IMG/VR virus record: IMGVR_UViG_2877948078_000003 | Strand: one strand, 5' to 3' | Source: a virus | Taxonomy: Duplodnaviria; Heunggongvirae; Uroviricota; Caudoviricetes | Length of the DNA: 64,000 bases | Shown here: positions 39,490 through 48,406 of the stretch, one piece after another | How positions within the stretch are numbered: the stretch's first letter is position 1 | Layout of the letters: each line of letters begins with the position of its first letter | Notes under the pieces: generated by a model | What the model saw: the letters and a program-made list of their open reading frames with translations, nothing else | Told to the model about the DNA's origin: nothing | The model's database searches: none | Position numbers and translations under genes: made by a program

Positions 39490-39796
39490 CAATACCGACC
39501 GGCAGGTTTCCCTGCCGGGTGAATTTGTTAATGCACGTTTTGTGTATTTTCCCTCCGGGGAGAACAGGCAGGACATATCAGCATCCTGAAACAGGAAGCA
39601 TTTTTTGGTTTGTATGTCTTGCCATTTTGAGATCGAGAACGGCGATAGATGAGCTGTAAGGGAGTCTTACAGGCAGGGCAAACAGGCTCTTTATCCATGA
39701 TAAAGATCTCCTTTTTATGCATCTCTGCTTTACAGGAGACCGGGGAATATCATAGGATACGACACGAGCTCGAAGTAAAGCATTGATGCAAGTTTT

Positions 39797-39835
39797 TACA
39801 GATTGACCCAGCATAGTTCCAGCTATGCTGGGTTT
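39797..39835 (+). terminator. Rho-independent terminator
   Basis: Hairpin CCCAGCATAG-TTCCAG-CTATGCTGGG followed by TTTCCCTTTTAT. Confidence 0.5.
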
Positions 39836-39989
39836 CCCTTTTATGTAGTATCCTGTTGATTTGAAACATACTACATATACGCGCGATCCTACCTTCACTG
39901 TATAAAAAGTCAATAAAATGATCATTTTATGATCGTTTTCACCACCTAACTCTTCGTTTTCTTTAAGTAAATAATCACCGCCCTGAATC

Positions 39990-40100
39990 ATTGTTGATGA
40001 CTTTTCAATCTATTTGTTGTATCAATTAAACAAATCGAATCGATCGTTTTTGTCGATCGATTGCATGAGAAAGGCATCAACAACAAAGCAGGAGGTTATG
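39990..40100 (+). promoter_or_regulatory. Putative com-mom promoter region with clustered GATC (Dam) sites
   Basis: AT-rich region with GATC-containing repeats (AATCGATCG, GTCGATCGATT) just upstream of com, as in Mu where Dam methylation and C control Pmom. Confidence 0.4.
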
Positions 40101-40105
40101 CGGCC

Positions 40106-40306
40106 ATGTATCGAAACATACGGTGCCGACACTGCAATAAGCTACTGGCACGGGCCAGTTTCAGTTATCTGGAAGTAAAATGTCCGCGCTGTAAAACCCT
40201 CAATCAAATCACATCTCCGAGCGCCACAGAGCACCCCACATACACAAGGAAATCCTGTCGTGGGGAACAGAAAGCAAGTCACATCCCGAATCATCAGCAC
40301 GCCTGA
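40106..40306 (+). CDS. com: Com-like zinc-finger translational activator of mom
   Basis: [31 protein letters not shown] (CxxC ... CxxC) resembles Mu Com; RBS AGGAGG upstream; overlaps the mom start. Confidence 0.7.
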   Translation: MYRNIRCRHCNKLLARASFSYLEVKCPRCKTLNQITSPSATEHPTYTRKSCRGEQKASHIPNHQHA

Positions 40307-40997
40307 ACTTATTCGCTATAACGACAATATCGTTGGTTATGGCTCCCGTGAGTTGCGGGTTGAGACAATAAGTTGCTGGCTGGCCAGACTGGTCATCGTC
40401 AATAAACATTACAGCCACCGTTTCGTAAATAACTCCTACCTTCATCTGGGCATATTTTCAGAACGGGAACTTGTTGGCGTAATGCAATGGGGTTACGCCC
40501 TTAACCCAAACAGTGGTGCACACGTCGTAACGGGTACGCAGAACCGAGAATATATGGAGCTTAACCGGCTATGGCTGCATGACTGTATGCCGAGAAACTC
40601 CGAATCAAGGGCAATCAGTTACGCGCTCAAGCTAATCAGACAGCTTTATCCGCAGGTACAGTGGGTTCAGTCGTTTGCAGATGAGCGTTGTGGCTGTCTT
40701 GGTGTCGTGTATCAGGCAAGCAATTTTGATTATGTAGGCAGCCATGAATCAACATTCTATGAACTTGATGGCGAGTGGTATCACGAGATTTGCAGGAATG
40801 CCATTAAACGAGGCGGACAACGAGGTGAACATCTGAGGGCTAATATCGACAGAGCCAGTGTTCATAAGTTCCGACAGTTTCGTTACATCCGGTTTCTGAA
40901 CAAGAGGGCCAGAAAACGCCTCAACACAAAGCTATTCAAAGTCCAGCCTTACCCAAAACCACAAACTGTTAAAACCGGTTTGAAAGAGATTGGGTGA
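40260..40997 (+). CDS. mom: Mom-like DNA modification protein (anti-restriction adenine modification)
   Basis: 245 aa starting at GTG inside the com 3' end as in Mu; last gene before the right end. Confidence 0.7.
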   Translation: MGNRKQVTSRIISTPELIRYNDNIVGYGSRELRVETISCWLARLVIVNKHYSHRFVNNSYLHLGIFSERELVGVMQWGYALNPNSGAHVVTGTQNREYMELNRLWLHDCMPRNSESRAISYALKLIRQLYPQVQWVQSFADERCGCLGVVYQASNFDYVGSHESTFYELDGEWYHEICRNAIKRGGQRGEHLRANIDRASVHKFRQFRYIRFLNKRARKRLNTKLFKVQPYPKPQTVKTGLKEIG

Positions 40998-41039
40998 GTG
41001 CTTAAAAACTCATTCTAAAACGCAAAGGAAAAGCGCCGA

Positions 41040-41124
41040 TTTAGTATCAAATAAGTTGCGTATCGGCGTTTTTCAGCGGTATCAAATGAAATGCAAATCG
41101 GTATCAAAAAAATCGCCGCGCTAT
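41040..41124 (+). repeat. Mu-like right end (attR) with inverted candidate transposase-binding motifs
   Basis: AGTATCAAA at 41043-41051, GGTATCAAA at 41078-41086 and 41100-41108: reverse complements of the left-end motifs; terminus reads ...CGCGCTAT rather than the canonical CA. Confidence 0.55.
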
Positions 41125-41129
41125 ACTCC
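41125..41129. repeat. Right copy of the 5-bp target-site duplication ACTCC
   Basis: Identical to 2240-2244. Confidence 0.6.
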
Positions 41130-42631
41130 GCACCCTGTCCGGCTGCATCATGCTCCAGAAACCAGATGTGGTTTTCCGGTTTGTTCAGTTGCAGAGCCTT
41201 ACCTCCCGTAGCCCCCGCATCACTGACCACCGCTTCAGCAATGTTTTTGTTAACACTGTCTCCGCCCGCCGGTTTGTGATAATAGCGCCAGCCCTGTGAT
41301 GCCAGGTCTTCGCCGGATGCCAGCAGACTCATCAGGGTTCGGTTACTGACCGGGGCTTCCGCCTCTCTCTCCGGACCTTCACCGGAAGGTACGGTGGGCT
41401 TCACCATATCAGGCTGTTTTCCGGTAATGAATTCAGCGGTTCTCCCGGCGTGCACCAGAATCGCCGTTGCCAGACGGTCGGAAATAATCCCCCGGCGTGC
41501 CCAGGTGCTGAAATGGCTCGCCCTGTCCTGTGACGTCCAGGTGGCTGAGCTGTCACGCCATTTCGAACCGTAATACCCGATACCCGGAATGTCCGGGTCT
41601 TCTTCCGGTTTGTTCGTCGGCACATTCACCCCGTTCTCATCCGTCATGAACGGTACGAAATGGATATTCTTTTCCGTTTTGTTTTTATAGCTGCCGTACA
41701 CCGTCTGGTACGTGGATTCGTTCTTCTGCTTCCAGAAATACGTCGTGTCCCCGCATATCCAGGGAACACTGCCAGCAGAGCCACTGACGCACTGGCCTGC
41801 CATATCCGCCAGGTCTGCACGGAATTTATCAACCAGCGCACCAAACTGTGCTGCGTGATTTCCGGGCGTGCCGTCAAAATCAAATTCCCCCTGCATCCAC
41901 ACCACGGCAAACAGCACATTTTTCGGGTTCTTCTTCAGTGCTGCTTTTGTTCGACCGATAAGGTCCTTATACAGCGGCTTGTCCACACCCCAGCGCGCTG
42001 AATTCTCCGAGGCACCGCCAGCGTCACTGTATGTGCCATCAGCTCCGGTGGTGAACGCTGAACCACCACGACAGCACGGAACCAGCAGAATACCCGCATT
42101 CGCCGGTATAAACGGCAGCTGTTTTTTGGCGATATGCAGCCCCTGCCCCACGGTACCGTACTGCCCCTTTGACAGGTCCGCTTTCGGATGGTTAAGGCGG
42201 CTCATGTCCTGCACATCATGCAGACAATGGTCCGCCGGAATGATGTCGTTATATTTGCATGCTGCACCGCCCGGTGTCACCGTACTGCGGCGCGCCAGCT
42301 GCTTAATGCGCGGGTCCGGACGGTCATATGTCTCCGGCAGCGGAAGACCTTCACCATACGACATGCCATTTGACTGCCCTGCCAGAACCACAACAAAGTA
42401 ATACTCCGGGTCGCTGGTGGCACTGACAGCCACCACCTTACCCTCATTACCGGTCACCGCCACTGGTGTGGTGACATCACCTTCCGCCGCAATGGCCTGC
42501 ATCAGGGTATAAGGCGTGATGGCCACCGGACTGCCAAATGGCTGCCAGCCCTCCTTCAGTTTTTGTGTCAGTCGTTCAGCAAGGTCTGACGGCGATGCCG
42601 CCCTGACCACATCGTAGTGTTTAAATGCCAT
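41125..42631 (-). pseudogene. nanS-p: 5' (N-terminal) part of the nanS-p-type esterase gene interrupted by the Mu-like prophage
   Basis: Minus-strand translation from ATG 42631 through ...FLEHDAAGQGAE is NanS-like; beyond 41125 the frame reads through Mu-like end sequence to a fortuitous stop at 41015. Confidence 0.8.
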
Positions 42632-42699
42632 GAATCCTCCCGGCCGGGATAATGTTCTGAGTCAGAGAAGGCACGGGCTGACCTCCGGAAACACAAAAG

Positions 42700-42858
42700 T
42701 CACACAGAAAAACAGCCCGCAAAAAAGAAATACGCCCTTACAGTTGCGCAAGGTGATTACTCTAAGGTATTATTAGGGTGCTGAATAAATTACTTCACGT
42801 TTTGTTATTTATTCCTTGCTTCCTTGCCAACCGCTCTTCCCAGGAGCGGTTTTTTTTT
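42700..42858 (+). ncRNA. Candidate small RNA / conserved promoter-terminator module (copy 1)
   Basis: TTGCGC-18 bp-TATTAT promoter-like pair followed ~75 nt later by hairpin CCGCTCTTCCCAGGAGCGG plus T9; a second diverged copy at 45455-45590 keeps the same signals. Confidence 0.3.
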
Positions 42859-42859
42859 A

Positions 42860-43890
42860 CATGTAAAAAGGCTCCTGCGATGAGGAGCCTGGATGTATGC
42901 CTAATCTCTGTATACTGCATGGTGCCGGGTGCCTCCCGGTGAACAAATGTCCGTGATATCAGTCGGCCACACAGGAAATGATACGATATCACCCCTCCGC
43001 ACAGGGGGATTCACCATGCCCGTTTTTTTTAACAAACTCCTCATCAATCAGACAATCATCAACCTCATGAATTGTGAGGAATTTAACATTTCACAACACA
43101 GCCTTTTCCCTGCATAAAAAAGCCCCTCCGGAGAGGGGCTTCGCTACGTGTCTGTTAACCATATGCATGATGCCGGGTGCCTCCCGGTGAGTTCAGTATC
43201 AGCACCTGAACCCGCACAGAAAGGATAGAGTAGAAACACCTGCGCTGATATGCCCCTCCGCTCAGGGGGATTCACCATGCAGAACTTTTTTAACAACTCC
43301 CCGTAAGACAGGCAAGCATCAACCATCTGAACTGTGAGGAATTTAACATTTCACAACACAGCGTTTTTCCTGCATAAAAAAGCCCCTCAGGAGAGGGGCT
43401 GACACTGCGTATCTGTATCATCATGAACATGGTGCCGGGTGCCTCCCGGTGAGTCCAGTCTGGTGTCCCTGAACCCGCGTTTGCATTGCCTACAACAGAA
43501 AAGATGCAAATCACACCAGTCGCCCCTCCGCACAGGGGGATTCACCATGCAGAACTTTTTTAACAACTCCCCCTCAGACAGGCAAGCATCAACCATCTGA
43601 ACTGTGAGGAATTTAACACTTAACAACACAGCCTTTTCCCGCACAAAAAAAGCCCCTCCGGAGAGGGGCCGATCGCTATGTATACACCATAAGCAGCATA
43701 GTGCCGGGTGCCTCCCGGTAGATTCAGCCTGACTACTGAATCTGCGTATTGTGACCATCGCTATGGAGACCATGTCAGACGCCCCTCCGCACAGGGGGAT
43801 TCACTATGCTGGCTCGTTTTTACAAGACTTCCATCGATCAGACAATAGCCCATCAACCGAATTGTGAGTCATTTAACATTTCCATGAGGT
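42860..43890. repeat. Tandem array of four ~250-270-bp non-coding direct repeats with conserved hairpins and a variable core
   Basis: Each unit carries GGTGCCGGGTGCCTCCCGGTGA, CCCCTCCGCACAGGGGGATTCACCATGC, a variable ~40-bp segment, TGTGAGGAATTTAACATTTCACAACACAG and terminator-like AAAAAGCCCCTCCGGAGAGGGGCT; no ORF conserved between units. Confidence 0.7.
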
Positions 43891-44127
43891 AACTGATATC
43901 CAGCTAACAATCATCTACAATGGACGAAGCCAGTTCCAGAACTTGCCCACGGTACAGCAACAACCACTGCATACACATAATTACCACCGGACTCTCTGAA
44001 CCTGCCTACTGGCTAACCCCAGATACAACACCACCAGTCACAAAAGCATCTTATTCTGAAGTACAACTGCCGTGCGGCAGATACTAAAAGCGCCTGTATG
44101 TAACAACATAAATATACAGGATATGTT

Positions 44128-44406
44128 TTATCCACGGGATATAATTTTGATTTCATCAAAACCGTTACTACCTGCAATTCTGTTGTACTCCTGAACAAGA
44201 CTCAGTAACTCCGAATTAGCCGCGGTGAACTCCTCACAGACGTTCCGAAGTGCATCTACATCCAGAAGAACCATCTCCTGACCTGAACGTCGATCAGGGG
44301 TACAAAATAAAACTGTCAGACGACTGAAGACCTTTGTTCGTTCCACATTGACGGCTTCAATACGCTGTAACAGTTGGCTACATCTGATTTTCTCATCAAT
44401 ATTCAC
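44128..44406 (-). CDS. Hypothetical protein (92 aa) downstream of the AraC-family regulator
   Basis: ORF on the cargo strand, AT-rich. Confidence 0.45.
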   Translation of the reverse strand: MNIDEKIRCSQLLQRIEAVNVERTKVFSRLTVLFCTPDRRSGQEMVLLDVDALRNVCEEFTAANSELLSLVQEYNRIAGSNGFDEIKIISRG

Positions 44407-44495
44407 GCAAACACCAAATGATTATAACTTTTTATGCTGAACACATTCAGACTATATCTAATACAGTCAATCAATATATGCCTGATGAAAAAACA

Positions 44496-45221
44496 TCAGA
44501 TAACGTCTGCTTTCTGCAAATATGCATAGCTCTCAGGTGGTGCACCATAATACTGGTGAAATACAGAAATGAAGTAGGACTTACTTGAGTAACCACATTT
44601 TTCCGCTATCGCTTGTCCACACTCTCGCTGGAAACATACAAGATTAACAGCAACACGCATTCGCTCCTCCAGCAACAACCGACTAAAGCTATAACCTTCA
44701 TCCTTAAGTTTTCGCTTCAACAAGCTTTCGCTCATATGCAATTGTAATGCAATCACACCAAGCATCCAGCCTGCCGATATGTCGGTCTGAATTATAGCCC
44801 TTACTTTACAGCTGATATTATTTACAGCACCGGACAAAAATAATGGCAGACGTCTGTCTGTTGCAAATAAGGAGATACATGAAAATGCGGTTATAACAGA
44901 GAAATCCTTCAAAGTATCACTGGATTCACTATGCTGGGTTATTAAAGCCTCCGCCAGTTCCGTATTGTAAATATCAGACATCAAATAAAGAGGCATTTTT
45001 GTCGGTGTATACTCCGTCATTTCACACTCCCTTTCCAGATACTGATTGACGACGCTGTTACTTATATCTGCCATTTTCACTCTGTCGGCATAAGCACAGA
45101 AAAGCCCTCTTATATTTCTGGCAACAAGCATAACACTTCCGGCATCGAGTGAAACTTTTTCTTTTTCAAGAAAAATATCTATCGGATAGCGAATCAGGAC
45201 CACAGAGCAGGCAACATCCAT
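44496..45221 (-). CDS. AraC/XylS-family transcriptional regulator (prophage-encoded, PatE/GadX-like class)
   Basis: 241 aa; C-terminal double HTH of the AraC family (KCGYSSKSYFISVFHQYYGAPPESY); AT-rich. Confidence 0.8.
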   Translation of the reverse strand: MDVACSVVLIRYPIDIFLEKEKVSLDAGSVMLVARNIRGLFCAYADRVKMADISNSVVNQYLERECEMTEYTPTKMPLYLMSDIYNTELAEALITQHSESSDTLKDFSVITAFSCISLFATDRRLPLFLSGAVNNISCKVRAIIQTDISAGWMLGVIALQLHMSESLLKRKLKDEGYSFSRLLLEERMRVAVNLVCFQRECGQAIAEKCGYSSKSYFISVFHQYYGAPPESYAYLQKADVI

Positions 45222-45304
45222 TTTGAATTAACCTGAGCAAAAAGACTTAATACCAGTATATTCCAAAAATGGCATTTTGGGAGATTACTTCTGCAAACCG
45301 CTCC

Positions 45305-45448
45305 CGCTAAATACATCCCTGATTTCCTGCGCAGTCTGTTCAAAACGCCCGGTATCCAGCTCAACGCCAGTTGCACGACGCCCCAGCGCCATCGCTGCTT
45401 TAACTGCCGAACCCTACCCCATGAAGAAATCTGCAACCAGGACACCCG
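45305..45448 (-). pseudogene. 3' remnant of a second N6-adenine methyltransferase gene
   Basis: ~140 bp near-identical to the 3' end of the methyltransferase gene at 46829-46990; homology breaks sharply at 45448/45449 where the promoter-terminator module begins. Confidence 0.55.
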
Positions 45449-45454
45449 GCAGAA

Positions 45455-45590
45455 GGGAGACTACAGCCCGCAATTCGAAAAAGGCCACGCTATTGCGCAG
45501 AGTGATTACTGTCGGGTATTATTCGCCAGTTGAAGTATTACTTCACGTTTTATTGTTTATTCCTTGCCGCCCGCGTCTCCCAGCGCGGGC
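45455..45590 (+). ncRNA. Candidate small RNA / conserved promoter-terminator module (copy 2)
   Basis: Same TTGCGC / TATTAT signals and terminator hairpin GCCCGCGTCTCCCAGCGCGGGC + T7 as copy 1. Confidence 0.3.
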
Positions 45591-45596
45591 TTTTTT

Positions 45597-45860
45597 TGTC
45601 CATAAGAAAGCCCCTCCGGAGAGGGGCTGAAGCCGCATTTCTGTATCACCATGAGCATGGTGCCGGGTGCCTCCCGGTGAGTTCAGCCCGGTGACACCAA
45701 ACCCGCGTATTCTCGCTTACGATCATCAAAGAGATCATACCGTTCACCAGTCGCCCCTCCGCACAGGGGGATTCACCATGCGAAATTTTTTTAACAAATG
45801 CTCAGTCTGACAGGCAACTGTCAACTTACTGAATTGTGAGGGATTTAACACTTCACAGAA
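45597..45860. repeat. Solo fifth copy of the ~260-bp repeat unit
   Basis: Contains all conserved blocks of the array units with its own variable core. Confidence 0.65.
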
Positions 45861-45916
45861 CAATATCTTTCCAGCGCCCCAAAATCATCAGGACAGGAGA
45901 AAATCTTCTCCCCCTG

Positions 45917-46345
45917 TCAGAGTTTAAAATCCAGCACGCCATTTCTAAATGCTTTATATACTCCTGAAGACGGTGGTGATGGTATATCAGCATTCTTTAC
46001 TGCATTCATCGCTTCACGACATAAATCGGGATCACCGCTTTCTCTTTTAACCTGTAGCAGAAGACCATTCGGGGCCATATACATTCTCAGTGAACACTCT
46101 TTTCCTGAATACTTACTCGCATCCTTTAACTGTTCTTCTATGGCTTTCCTGACCTGAATGGCATACTGCCGGATTTCTTCACTGGCATCAGGGGTACGTT
46201 CCGATGAGCTCAAATTTTGCGACTTTATTAATTTATCTGAGTGATACAGAGAAGCATCATGATTATTTGTCGATACATCTTTTGTGCAGCCAGTTGTCAG
46301 ACTGGCTAATATCAAAACAAGAACAGGTACAGCACGGCAATACAT
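45917..46345 (-). CDS. Lipoprotein of unknown function
   Basis: 142 aa; signal peptide with lipobox LTTGC. Confidence 0.6.
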   Translation of the reverse strand: MYCRAVPVLVLILASLTTGCTKDVSTNNHDASLYHSDKLIKSQNLSSSERTPDASEEIRQYAIQVRKAIEEQLKDASKYSGKECSLRMYMAPNGLLLQVKRESGDPDLCREAMNAVKNADIPSPPSSGVYKAFRNGVLDFKL

Positions 46346-46623
46346 TTATCCATCTCCATATTAACAAGAACAATTATCTATAAAATATAGTAAATATGCG
46401 GGATCCGGGAGGACTTGTAACTATCATCTCCGGATCAGCATGTAGTTTTTATTTTTCCGGATGATATATGCCGCAATAATACCCCTGCATACAGATGCCT
46501 GCAAATATCTACGAAGCATCCGGCGAGAATAAACAAGGAAGTCTGAGGCTATCTTATATGATAGCCTGTTGCTCAAAAGACAATGATTCACTCATCAGAA
46601 CCAACAACGCATAATGCAGATAA

Positions 46624-46700
46624 TGGACCGCCATCGAGGACTCGAACCCCGCGCAGCCAGCTTCGAAGGCTGGCGCTCTATCCCGATGAGCTAATGGCGG
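46624..46700 (-). tRNA. tRNA-Arg (anticodon UCG)
   Basis: Cloverleaf folded by hand: acceptor CCGCCAT/ATGGCGG, D stem GCTC/GAGC, anticodon stem CCAGC/GCTGG with loop CTTCGAA, T loop TTCGAGT, encoded CCA. Confidence 0.85.
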
Positions 46701-46709
46701 TATGTGATA

Positions 46710-46785
46710 TGGTGGCCCTTGCTGGATTTGAACCAGCGACCTGGCGATTATGAGTCGCTCGCTCTCACCACTGAGCTAAAGGGCC
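46710..46785 (-). tRNA. tRNA-Ile2 (anticodon CAU, ileX/ileZ-like); tRNA-Met not excluded
   Basis: GGCCCTTTAGCTCAGTGGTGAGAGC...CTCATAA...GGTTCAAATCC...GGGCCACCA closely resembles E. coli ileX as recalled; anticodon loop CTCATAA. Confidence 0.85.
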
Positions 46786-46825
46786 GGGCGCAGGATAATA
46801 ACGGTACGTAACTAATCCTGCAATA

Positions 46826-47884
46826 TCATCCATTCTGACTGACTAAATCCTGTACTTCCCTGACCGTCTGCTCAAAACGTTCAGTCTCCAGCTCAACGCC
46901 AGTTGCACGACGCCCCAGCGCCATCGCGGCTTTGACTGTCGAACCCGACCCCATGAAGAAATCTGCAACCAGGTCCCCCGGACGACTGCTCGCGCTGATT
47001 ATCTGCTGCAGCATTTCTGCCGGTTTTTCGCACGGATGTTTCCCGGGATAGTACTGCACCGGTTTATGCGTCCACACATCCGTGTACGGCACCTGCGCCG
47101 TCACGCCAAAATACCGCCGCAGATGCTTATATTCACTCTGCAGTTCCGCATACTGCCGGTTCAGTGAAGTATACGTCTCCAGCAGCTGGTGGTGGGGCTT
47201 TTCCAGTTCACCGCGCTGATGCTTCTCTTCTGCCACCCGGGCAAACAGCGCCTGTAATTTCAGATAATCACTTTCGTTCGGTAGCTGCCACTGACTGGCA
47301 CTGAACCAGTGCGACACCATGTTTTTCTTTCCTGTGGCATCCACTATCTGTTTTGCCGTTATCCCCAGGGCAGCACGCGCATCACGAAAGTAAGCAATCA
47401 GCGGAGCCATCACATGCTGTTTCAGTGCCCTGCCCTTCGCCTCATACCCGGCATCTTTCGGACGATACGGCCCCTGATAATGTTCCGCGAACAGAATGCG
47501 CTCTGTGGCGGGGAAATACGCCCTCAGGCTTTCCTTGTTGCACCCGTTCCAGCGTCCGGACGGCTTCGCCCAGATAATATGGTTCAGCACACTGAAGCGT
47601 TCACGCATCATGATTTCGATATCAGATGCCAGGCGATGGCCACAGAACAGGTAAAGACTTCCGGCAGGTTTCAGCACCCGCCAGAACTGCGCCAGACACT
47701 GGTCCAGCCATTTCAGGTAATCCTCATCACCCGTCCACTGGTTATCCCAGCCCTCAGGCTTCACTTTAAAGTACGGCGGGTCCGTGACTATCAGGTCAAC
47801 AGAATTTTCGGGTAACGACCGGATAAATTCCAGGCAGTCGGCGTTGATTAACTCACAACTGGATATTTTTACAGTATTAAACAT
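46826..47884 (-). CDS. DNA N6-adenine (or N4-cytosine) methyltransferase, orphan
   Basis: 352 aa; DPPY motif (IVTDPPYF) near the N-terminus and FxGxG (FFMGSGST) near the C-terminus; no adjacent restriction endonuclease. Confidence 0.85.
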   Translation of the reverse strand: MFNTVKISSCELINADCLEFIRSLPENSVDLIVTDPPYFKVKPEGWDNQWTGDEDYLKWLDQCLAQFWRVLKPAGSLYLFCGHRLASDIEIMMRERFSVLNHIIWAKPSGRWNGCNKESLRAYFPATERILFAEHYQGPYRPKDAGYEAKGRALKQHVMAPLIAYFRDARAALGITAKQIVDATGKKNMVSHWFSASQWQLPNESDYLKLQALFARVAEEKHQRGELEKPHHQLLETYTSLNRQYAELQSEYKHLRRYFGVTAQVPYTDVWTHKPVQYYPGKHPCEKPAEMLQQIISASSRPGDLVADFFMGSGSTVKAAMALGRRATGVELETERFEQTVREVQDLVSQNG

Positions 47885-48035
47885 GGATCATTAAGCCTGT
47901 CTCTGATAAGCTCATACCGCTTTTGCGCAAAGCAGATGGGCCTGAGGTTTGCTTGTGACCCCAACGCATGAGCAGATGGCTGGTGAGTGCCCCTAACACC
48001 CACCAGCCGCCCATTTACCACAAATAAAAAAGCCT

Positions 48036-48233
48036 TCAGGACTGAAGGCGTCTGTAACAACCAAACTGATAGTCTGCCAGACCCGCCATAACAAGCTGGG
48101 TCAGTATTAGCTGGCAGCGTTCGCGTGAAAGGTACGTATTCTGTGCAATCTCCCCGACTGTCGCCGGTTCGGTGGCACTTAATTCATTAAAAACTGCTCT
48201 GGCGGTTTCTGTCATATCCTGCTGTTTCAGCAT
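48036..48233 (-). CDS. Small HTH/winged-helix-like protein
   Basis: ~65 aa from the internal Met (ORF extends to 48269); TVGEIAQNTYLSRERCQLILTQLVMAGL resembles a DNA-binding helix pair. Confidence 0.4.
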   Translation of the reverse strand: MLKQQDMTETARAVFNELSATEPATVGEIAQNTYLSRERCQLILTQLVMAGLADYQFGCYRRLQS

Positions 48234-48406
48234 GTCTTTTTCCCTTTTCCGGTTAACGTGACACACCAATAACTCTTGTCAAAAAAGCCAGCAAGCTGAA
48301 AGACCGGTATTAATAACCACCTGCACATTTTATGTACTGCACCATTTTTCTGGCATAAAAAAACCGCTCAATGCCGGGCAGTAAAATCTTTATTACTCAG
48401 GAAATT

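Larger units (their letters stand above)
2245..41124 (+). mobile_element. Mu-like transposable prophage (~38.9 kb), early genes on the plus strand
   Basis: Mu-collinear order c, ner, A (DDE transposase), B (ATPase), gam, gemA, mor, lys, terminase, portal, F, G, I, T, sheath, tube, tape measure, baseplate, S/U invertible segment, gin, com, mom; inverted terminal TTTGATACC repeats; flanked by 5-bp direct repeat inside a split gene. Confidence 0.85.

Noticed and set aside
39528-39722. 64-aa minus-strand ORF with CPAC ... CPAC (possible Ogr-like zinc finger) between the esterase cargo and com
   Set aside because: Oriented against all flanking Mu-like genes with no clear RBS, in a region with strong plus-strand regulatory signals; possible but unsupported.
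42929-43117. 62-aa ORF and other small ORFs inside the tandem repeat units (for example 43144-43326, 43387-43773)
   Set aside because: Not conserved between units: the variable core differs by indels that are not multiples of three and the equivalent ATG gives 9-33 codon peptides of unrelated sequence. Treated as non-coding.
42860-43890. Possibility that the repeat array is a CRISPR array
   Set aside because: Units are ~260 bp with internal conserved blocks, not 28-37-bp repeats separated by unique spacers, and no cas genes are present.
45277-45630. 117-aa plus-strand ORF
   Set aside because: It is the antisense strand of the methyltransferase 3' remnant and runs through two terminator hairpins.
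46346-46623. Third tRNA (argO-like) expected by analogy with the ileZ-argN-argO cluster of Stx phages
   Set aside because: No acceptor/T-arm pattern found in the flanking intervals; only two tRNAs are present.
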